A stretch of DNA of 54,469 bases, counting the filler, from Trypethelium eluteriae (lineage: Eukaryota): the NCBI GenBank assembly GCA_051942245.1. It is 2 parts of 2 records of this genome, joined end to end, with 100 filler letters (N's around TTAATTAATTAA, not from the genome) between each part and the next. Parts side by side here need not be neighbours in the genome. Positions count along the whole stretch, not along the records: positions 27,358 to 54,469 come from JAVECL010000339.1; 1 more part is not named here. The stretch is one strand, 5' to 3'. The translations under genes and the position numbers were made by a program. How positions within the stretch are numbered: position 1 is the stretch's first letter; each line of letters starts with the position of its first letter. The notes below the pieces were generated by a model. The model did not search any database. It was not told where the DNA came from and saw nothing but the letters and a program-made list of their open reading frames with translations. Below, in pieces: positions 47,121 through 54,469 of this stretch.

Positions 47121-47971
47121 TCACGATTTCCCAAGCACGTCCTTCCTCGCCAAAAACGCCTGCAATATGCCGACCTGCGTCTCCAACGCCGCCACCCACT
47201 CACTCAACTCCCTCCGCACCCGTTCCTGATCGCCCTCGCCCCCTAACTTCGCATAGAAGTCCTTGCGGTAGGGTGTTGCGGACATGGCGGCACTGAAGAT
47301 GGGCTTCACGAGTAGGGAGTGGTGCTGCTTGAGGGAGCCGCTGTAGGCGGTGCGGAACGAGGTGGAGAGCTCTTCCGAGGCGTTGCTGAGGTTTTGGCGG
47401 AGGGCTTGGGCGGTGAAGTCGAGGCCGCTGATGGAAAGATAGGTGTTAGGGCATGTGTGAACTGTGGAAGAGGAGAGCTAGGCGGAAGGGGTGGAAGAGA
47501 GGGCATACCGGACCAGCCACATCAGGCCGTCGGAGGCAGTCTTTTTCTTGAGGGTTTTGAGCTCGTACGTGATACCGGATTGGAGGGTTTTGGATTGGTC
47601 AGGGGCGGAGGATTGTAGGTCGCGAACTTTCTGAGAGGTTTTTTTAGCTGCAGTCCATCGCAAATTGTGAGCATTATTTTGTAGATCATCTGGATACCTT
47701 AATGTTTCCTTGCATGTCACTCTGAACAGGCTTGAAGGCTACAGAACCAAGAACATCTACAGACAATGATCAGAGGCAAGCCCAAAGTATGATTGGTCTC
47801 GTGTGCTCATGATATACCAAAGAGAGTGGTGAGTGAGTCGGCTGCCTCAAGAAATTCGGTTGTACCAATGGCGTTGTCGTTGCTTGCATCGACAGGGACG
47901 TCTTTGAAAGACCTTGTCAAAGTGTCGAGAAATGTCCCACCAGTGGGATAGGGTCTTTCTTGAGTAGCCAT
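47121..47971 (-). CDS. het-c: Glycolipid transfer protein, HET-C2/GLTP family (4 exons)
   Basis: Assembled by hand: MATQERPYPTGGTFLDTLTRSFKDVPVD..TTEFLEAADSLTTLF | LGSVAFKPVQSDMQGNIK | KVRD..ASDGLMWLVR | GLDFTAQAL..SFRTAYSGSLKQHHSLLVKPIFSAAMSATPYRKDFYAKLG. Confidence 0.9.
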
Positions 47972-48427
47972 AGTCGAAGACTGATCAATTGAGGTTGAGG
48001 GCAGAATCGAGCGTGGAAGCGAAGGGATGGAGTCGAGGTTGTCCGGTGTACTGCGGCAGACGACTACGAGTTCTCGGGCATTCCTGGCGGGGATACTCGT
48101 GAGGCTACCTGCTGGGTGAGAACTATCACACCCCGAGTATATGGGTATCCTTCGAGTGCACGTCAGAAGTCGGTCTCAGGATGCTGGTCAGGCCCTCTTT
48201 TCCAAGGTTTCGAGCAGTTCACCCACGCGTAGGTAAGTATCCCGGCCATGATCCCGCCCATCTGCCCCTCGTTGATGGCGGGGCTAGCGTGTTTATACAT
48301 CACCGAGAATGAGACAGATTTTCCGCAATCGGCGGTACTATTTTAGAGTAGATATACATCCTGGAACGCCAAGTCAGAGATTTATTCTGCGTTTTCTACC
48401 TCGCCTATTATTTGACTGTCTTGCAAT

Positions 48428-49601
48428 ATGTCGTCAAACACAATCCATGATTCGAAACGCGTCTTCAAAATTGCCTCTATCCCAGGAGATGGTATTGGTA
48501 CAGAGATCACTTCAGCAGCAATAGAAGTATTGCAGAAGCTGGCTTTCATAGAAGGAAAGTTCTCTTTTGAGTTTAACCACTTCGATTGGAGTAGTGAAAA
48601 CTATGTAAAGCGGGGATGGTATATGCCCGAAGACGGCATGGACCAATTGAAGCAGAATGACGCCATCTATTTCGGTGCGGTTGGTTGGCCAAGTACGTGT
48701 CCTTCGTTGTCTTTGGAAAATTCTCTGGAACTGTATCATATCCTGACCCTTCTCCTTAGATGTACCGGATCATATCTCCCTCTGGGGACTTATCCTTCCC
48801 ATCCGTAACTCCCTCAACCAATATGTCAACGTTCGTCCGACACGTATCCTGCGCGGCATTACTTCTCCTCTTGCCAAGTGCGGTCCCAAGGATCTTGATT
48901 GGGTGATCGTCCGCGAGAACAGTGAAGGAGAATATGCTGGGCACGGGGGTACTACCCATGGGCACTCGTCTCATGCGGTGGCCACTGAGGTCTCCATCTT
49001 CACTCGGGTTGGAATTGAAAGAATCATGCGATTTGCGTTTGAGACGGCTAAGTCCAGGCCGCGAAGGAAGTTGACCATGGTGACCAAAAGTAATGCGCAG
49101 AGGCATGGTATGGTGCTATGGGATAGTGTGTTCGCAGAAGTAGCGAAGGAGTACCCGGATGTTCAGTGGGATAAGATGCTGGTTGATGCGATGACCGTCC
49201 GCATGACGCTACAACCACAGACATTGGATACGATTGTTGCGACGAACCTGCACGCAGATATTTTATCCGATCTTGCAGCTGCGTTGTCAGGAAGTATCGG
49301 AATTGCACCGTCAAGCAATCTGGATCCGACTAGGCAGAACCCAAGTATGTTTGAGCCGATTCACGGCAGTGCACCAGATATTGCCGGAAAAGGCATTGCA
49401 AACCCCGTCGGTGCGTTCTGGAGCGCAGCGGAGATGGTGAGATGGCTGGGTATGGAAGAGGCCGCCGATGCGCTTATGAAGGCAATCGAGAATGTGACAG
49501 AGGCAGGTATTAGGACCAAGGATCTTCATGGCTCAAGCGACACCAAGGCTGTAACAGAGGCTGTCTGTAAGGAATTGGAATCAGTGCTGGGCTCGAAATG
49601 A
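48428..49601 (+). CDS. Tartrate dehydrogenase/decarboxylase / D-malate dehydrogenase (IDH/IPMDH family), 2 exons
   Basis: IASIPGDGIG, DAIYFGAVGWP|xVPDHISLWGL, VRENSEGEY, VTKSNAQ, NLHADILSDL and FEPIHGSAPDIAGKGIANP. Intron ~48693-48759. Confidence 0.92.
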
Positions 49602-49650
49602 GGCGGGAATGCACATTTGTAACATACTTCAATAAGGCTTGTCCATACTC

Positions 49651-50238
49651 TCAATCCACAAATTCTTTGGGAATCTCAGCTTCGCCTGGGACTACCCGAG
49701 TCCGGGGATGGTGCCATTCTGTCGACAAAGCCCCCATACGATTCCATGGCCAGATAATGTACTTGGGTTTGCCTATTATGAGCGCCTTCGATATCGGACC
49801 GTAGTCGTTGCTATCCCTTGTCTTCCTCCAATTATCCCCTTCAACCCAGATATGTCCATATGGAACCAGCTCTTTCTTGAAACGGCTCTCTTTCGGATAG
49901 ACAGTGTCACCCGCTGTAGCGATGACTCTTTTGATTTTCAGATTCTCGGGATCGCGCGGGGACCAGTAAGCTACGATTTCACCGCGACGCACATTCTGAG
50001 TGGCTCCCGGCTTCCAGACAACAAGATAATCGCGGCTACCCGTTTCGTGGAAGTGAGGTGAGAGCGTAGGCGACATGGATTGACCATCTACAGAATTTAT
50101 TTCAATGAGGTGGTCGTTGACGAAGATTATGAGAGGAATTGTCCAGAGTGCTTGCCATGACCAGCGTACTCCCGGGTCCGATGCGATTTTGGAGAGCCGA
50201 TGTCTGTACGTCTGGAAAGAATGAAAGAAACCGCTCAT
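49651..50238 (-). CDS. IMP2: Mitochondrial inner membrane protease subunit (S26, Imp2-like)
   Basis: VDGQSMSPTL (catalytic Ser), IKRVIA (catalytic Lys), VPYGHIWVEGDN, DSNDYGPIS and IIWPWNR. Confidence 0.8.
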   Translation of the reverse strand: MSGFFHSFQTYRHRLSKIASDPGVRWSWQALWTIPLIIFVNDHLIEINSVDGQSMSPTLSPHFHETGSRDYLVVWKPGATQNVRRGEIVAYWSPRDPENLKIKRVIATAGDTVYPKESRFKKELVPYGHIWVEGDNWRKTRDSNDYGPISKALIIGKPKYIIWPWNRMGALSTEWHHPRTRVVPGEAEIPKEFVD

Positions 50239-51000
50239 CTCCAGTGCCAAAGGATTGCATGGATGTCAAGGCGAGGGAGAGAGAAACATTGACTGTTTGC
50301 TGACGCCGCAGCTAGTTGCATAGAGCTAGGTCGGAAATCCGTCTCCGATCGACATTATTATTTATGCAGTCCACTCAAAGCCTCAACCCTCCCGCGCATC
50401 GCTTTCCCAGAAAGGAGTCGTGTCGTCTACTCTCCTTAACACTGCCACAACTGCGTAAAAGGGTACCAATGACATTTCCTCCTTTATGCATGTGATTTCA
50501 TCACACTGCCTCTCTCGCTCATCCAAAAAGGGCTCGGGACGTCATAGGAAGCTTCGTCTTCTTCCAGGTAAATCTCACGATACTCTACGGTACCAGCTGC
50601 ATGTGCCGAAGTATTGGGTAACAGACCAATCTTGGAATACTATTACTGCTAATTCGGAAGAATGCTCTGAAGCAACACTTCTACAGCTGGTCCCTTCTTA
50701 TAGCGCTCAGCGATTTTTCGTTCCTCTGGTGGGTCACAAAGTGTGTACACTACTAGTAAGAATAGGGAAAAAATGACATAGACGGGATCGACATCAACCG
50801 CAAAGCTGAACAGGAGCGGATTACGACGGCAGGCATGGCCTCACAGATATTGCCGCATATGGTCATCCATAGCTGGACATCACTGGAAGTGGTTATATAA
50901 GACGGGACACATTCCTGATTAACAAAAGGTTTCCTCAATTACTCCTAAATACTACATTCCTGTTTCCCATCACAAGAGTCTATTCAATCAGAGCCACAGA

Positions 51001-52230
51001 ATGAGGGGACCATTTTCGATCAGTTCGCGGCTCACAATCAGCCTTCTTTCCTCAGGCTATGTGAGAGCCGTATCGTTGCCAGGTTGCCAACTGACTGGAG
51101 CGCCGCAGCAAAAGACTTTGAACAATGTTCATACGGGTCAACTCAGCGTCCCCGGCAGTCCTTTCGGGCTGGTTTATGCTTCACAGGAGGACATAGCCTT
51201 CGTTTCACTGGACATCAGTCTAGTAAATAGTACTTTGGGCGTCCTGAATACTAGTACATTTACTCCAACCCTGATCAATCAGGTCCCACTGCAAGCAGGG
51301 CACACGAACTCCGAAGGAGCCCTGGGAATTACTCTGACACATGACGGCCGACACGTTCTCGCATCTGCAGGTCCAGGTTCGTTCGTCGTTGACGTTGCGA
51401 GGGCAGTAGCTGGCAGTCCGGATGCCGTTGTCGGCGCACTGAATGGTTCTGTTGGGCCTCAGATGCCCGGCGTCACAGCAATTGAGGTGACTGTTACTCT
51501 GGACGACGAATACGCCTTTGTCAGTCAGGAGTATGGCTCAACCCAGACCGGAAACCGCGGTGACATTGATGTCTTCAAATTGCATAGACCAAGTGCCAAC
51601 GGATCTGTCTCTGGAACGGCTATAGGCTACCTCACGTTGGGCTATGAGGTAGTCGGCACCGCGCTTTCGCCTGATGGCTCCATCTTATATGCTACAAGCG
51701 AGAACACTGCCCGGGCCGGTACCACCAACGTTACAACCCTAGGATCTCTCAGCATCATCGACGTTGAGACGTTGAAGACCGATCCAAGTAACGCGCTCGT
51801 CTCTAACGTCACTGCCGGCTGTCAACCAGTACGAAATATAGTCTCCTCGGACGGCAAAGTCGTCTGGCTTACAGCCAGGGGAAGCAACCATCTTCTCGCT
51901 TTCAACGCTTCAAAGCTAGTATCGGACCCAGATGATGCTCTGCTTGCCTCCGTGGAAGTCGGTACCTCACCAGTCGGGTTGACCTTCGCCAGGAATGAGA
52001 GCCGCATCCTTACAGCAGACTCAAATCGCTTCAACTACACCAACGCTACGACCGGTCTGTCCGTCGTGGACGTCGATGCAGCGCTCAGCGGTAAGCCGGC
52101 CGTCCTCGGTCGAATTCCAACAGGGCTGTTTCCGCGAGAATTTGCGGCAAGTCCCAACGGCAACACCATTCTCGTGGCCGACAATGAGTCGAATGAGGTC
52201 CAAGTCATAGATGTATCTACTTTACCGTGA
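51001..52230 (+). CDS. Secreted YVTN/YncE-like beta-propeller protein, intronless
   Basis: Signal-like N-terminus and repeated blades LTHDGRHVL, LSPDGSILYA, VSSDGKVVWLTARGSN, VEVGTSPVGL and IPTGLFPREFAASPNG..VQVIDV. TATATAA at 50894. Confidence 0.8.
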   Translation: MRGPFSISSRLTISLLSSGYVRAVSLPGCQLTGAPQQKTLNNVHTGQLSVPGSPFGLVYASQEDIAFVSLDISLVNSTLGVLNTSTFTPTLINQVPLQAGHTNSEGALGITLTHDGRHVLASAGPGSFVVDVARAVAGSPDAVVGALNGSVGPQMPGVTAIEVTVTLDDEYAFVSQEYGSTQTGNRGDIDVFKLHRPSANGSVSGTAIGYLTLGYEVVGTALSPDGSILYATSENTARAGTTNVTTLGSLSIIDVETLKTDPSNALVSNVTAGCQPVRNIVSSDGKVVWLTARGSNHLLAFNASKLVSDPDDALLASVEVGTSPVGLTFARNESRILTADSNRFNYTNATTGLSVVDVDAALSGKPAVLGRIPTGLFPREFAASPNGNTILVADNESNEVQVIDVSTLP

Positions 52231-53300
52231 GAGCTGAAGCTGCTCGAACTGATTGGAGGTGGCGAAGGAGTGTGATGTGATTTGTTTCTTAGCTCTCAAA
52301 AACATCCCTCACGCAACCTAAACATTATAATAGCTTGCTAGAGGCTATGCCGCCGGCTTGTATATCATCAATGATTGGATCGATAGTCTCCTGTCGCCTA
52401 GTCTTATGGGTCGCTAGACTGAATAATTGAACATCAATTGACTTGAGCGAATGACCCAAGATCATCAACCTTCCCGTTTGTCAGGCGAATTCGAGAATTA
52501 GTTGAAAAGGTTAGTAAGAGTTGTACATTGCCTTCAGCACTTGTCATGTATTTGTCACGTCCTCTTAGCTCATCCTACACCTCTCATACATGTTTAGCCG
52601 ATGAATTCCTGTAGAAACTGAGATCTGCTCATAATTATTCATTTAAACAGTCGAACTCGTATCTGCAAGTGTTTGTGTCTGGTATGGTCGGCCATGAGTT
52701 TTCTTTGGTATCCAGGTACCTCACTGGCCTCACCCATGCAAATATCACTACAGGGTGCCCTGATTGAATCCATTCGGAATAGACTGAAAGAGGTGGCTGT
52801 AAAGTTGGTGGGACTCTTCCTTGGGTCGTCAACGATTCTTTGTCGATGTGACGCGACGGAAGACTGTTTTGAAGTCTCCTTTTCGAAATCTGCTCCCCGA
52901 CGAACATCATCATTTAAAGATTTTATAGAACCCTCTTTATACAGGTCCTTTTTTCACTTTACAGAAACGCAGTATGATGAAGTCCCGAGGATCATATGCG
53001 GGCCCGCTCCTTTCATACACCTATACCTACAGCAGACAGCGAACTTCGATACCAACCAAGGCCGTAACTTGCATCCTCACGCCACATCTGCTTCTCCTTC
53101 TCGGAAAGCATAGTTCTCATTCCATTCAAAGCTTCGGCCATGGTCACAGATCACGCTGCAAGCACGGGTAAACTTAAAAAGGAAGAAAAGGCAAAGAAAA
53201 GGAGCTGATCCTCGTCGTTCACACCTGATACACAAAGGCCCTATCATGTACAAAAATCCGGGGCATTGCAGCCCATTAATCCAGTTGCAAAGAATTCAAG

Positions 53301-53927
53301 ATGGCTGGCGCATCAAGTTCGTCTCCCCTATCCCTTTCCACCACGTCAGGACATCAGGAACGTTTCTCAAAATCAAAACTGCTAACCAAGCCTATCAAAA
53401 TCCCAGCTAGACGACCAGCTCTCCTAGGCTTGCGTGAAAAATTCCGGAGTCTCTCCAATGTCCCTATCCCAGAATATTCAAGGCCTCCGTCTACCTCCGA
53501 GCCCACGCCTACAATCTCACTCAAACGTCCATCGCTGGACAGACGCCATGCCTGCTGCTCTGACGTCGACCTCATCGCCAAGGAAGAAGTAGACATGTCC
53601 TCCTCTCATGATCTATCGCCTAGGAAGCTAACCCAAAGTGTTACCGCGCATCGCGCTGTGCGGCTTCATAGCTCCGGCCTCCGCCCAGACCGGTTTTCAC
53701 GGCCTTGGTGGACGCACGAGAGGTCCCCCCTTGGCCTCATTTGCGTGAATGCGTCGAATCTCGATAGCGATAGTAGTAGCGAGGATGAGGATGACGACAG
53801 TAATGTGGGCACCAGCACTAATGCATTCTTGGATGATGAGGAGATGGCTGAGATGGTAGAAGCTTATAAGGAGTGGTTAGGGGATGAGGAGGGGCACTGG
53901 TATTCAGAGGATTCCATGAGCCCATAG
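53301..53927 (+). CDS. Hypothetical low-complexity protein
   Basis: 208-aa ORF, Ser/Pro/Arg-rich with an acidic C-terminus; no recognisable domain. Confidence 0.5.
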   Translation: MAGASSSSPLSLSTTSGHQERFSKSKLLTKPIKIPARRPALLGLREKFRSLSNVPIPEYSRPPSTSEPTPTISLKRPSLDRRHACCSDVDLIAKEEVDMSSSHDLSPRKLTQSVTAHRAVRLHSSGLRPDRFSRPWWTHERSPLGLICVNASNLDSDSSSEDEDDDSNVGTSTNAFLDDEEMAEMVEAYKEWLGDEEGHWYSEDSMSP

Positions 53928-54303
53928 ATACGGGACTTTGAAAGACAAATGTATTATACATGCTATTAAACTTGAAATTTCGGGTATCGTGATGGAAAAC
54001 GATTGATGCGTGAAGACGTCCAATGATTTCAATGGGGAGCTCCCTGGTTTGGAGAGCAGAAACGGGTCTCTTGTCCTCATACGTAGCTCTTATTCAAAAC
54101 CGTCTTTGTTCGCCTTTCACCCATTCAACTTTGTTAATACCCAACATTTCTCAAATTTTTAGGGCAACAACTCCTTGCCTTGTGGAGGTAGAAATGTCGA
54201 CCAGCTCCGAGGTACCTAAACCTGGAACTTGATGACAAACAAACATTAGCCATGATTGATCCCATATTAGCCTCCTTTGTAGCCAGAATCATCATAAGTG
54301 AAC

Positions 54304-54469
54304 TCAGAGCATCAATACCACAACGCAAAATACTCCAGCAAGCACTCCTTCTATCATTAAACCTCCCTTCCCAAGCCCCTTGACTCTTGATCCTTCGCCC
54401 TTGAACGCCGCCGGTGCGTTAGAAGACGTCCCTCCAGCTGTCCCACTCGGCCCCCCTCCAACACCACTA
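54304..54469 (-). CDS. C-terminus of a probable GPI-anchored protein (gene extends beyond window)
   Basis: Hand translation SGVGGGPSGTAGGTSSNAPAAFKGEGSRVKGLGKGGLMIEGVLAGVFCVVVLML*: Gly/Ser stalk, FxGxG omega region and hydrophobic tail. Confidence 0.65.
   Translation of the reverse strand, partial: SGVGGGPSGTAGGTSSNAPAAFKGEGSRVKGLGKGGLMIEGVLAGVFCVVVLML

Noticed and set aside
1136..54328. Numerous 60-220 aa ORFs antisense to or overlapping the called genes
   Set aside because: Shadow ORFs of real coding sequence with no independent motifs.

Overview
Eukaryotic genomic DNA from a filamentous ascomycete (Pezizomycotina-type short GT..CTRAC..YAG introns). About 24 genes, gene fragments and pseudogenes are present; I see no rRNA, tRNA, CRISPR array or autonomous transposase. 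Left: a partial GH45/expansin-like gene, a GH3 beta-glucosidase, and a compact trio of luciferase-family protein, class II aldolase and ThDP enzyme. About 11.8-25.7 kb is an accessory, conflict-type island. It holds a long Cys-motif ORF broken by one in-frame TAG, a 181-bp TA-flanked MITE-like hairpin, a head-to-head pair of an atypical (HSPA12-like) Hsp70 and a Myb-like/coiled-coil protein whose C-terminus resembles GrpE, a PD-(D/E)XK nuclease-like gene and a HET-domain pseudogene. An artificial 100-bp N/TTAATTAATTAA linker at 27258-27357 breaks contiguity. Right: a frameshifted CYP52-like P450, a TPR (NLR-like) pseudogene, a BTB protein, a TAP-like hydrolase, a repeat-rich orphan locus, an MDR reductase, a GLEYA/PA14 adhesin, a Mid2-like membrane protein, het-c (GLTP), tartrate/D-malate dehydrogenase, IMP2, a secreted beta-propeller and a partial GPI-anchored protein. 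The best candidate for an undescribed system is the divergent Hsp70-like plus GrpE-like module next to nuclease and HET genes. All family calls come from motif recognition by eye, not database searches.
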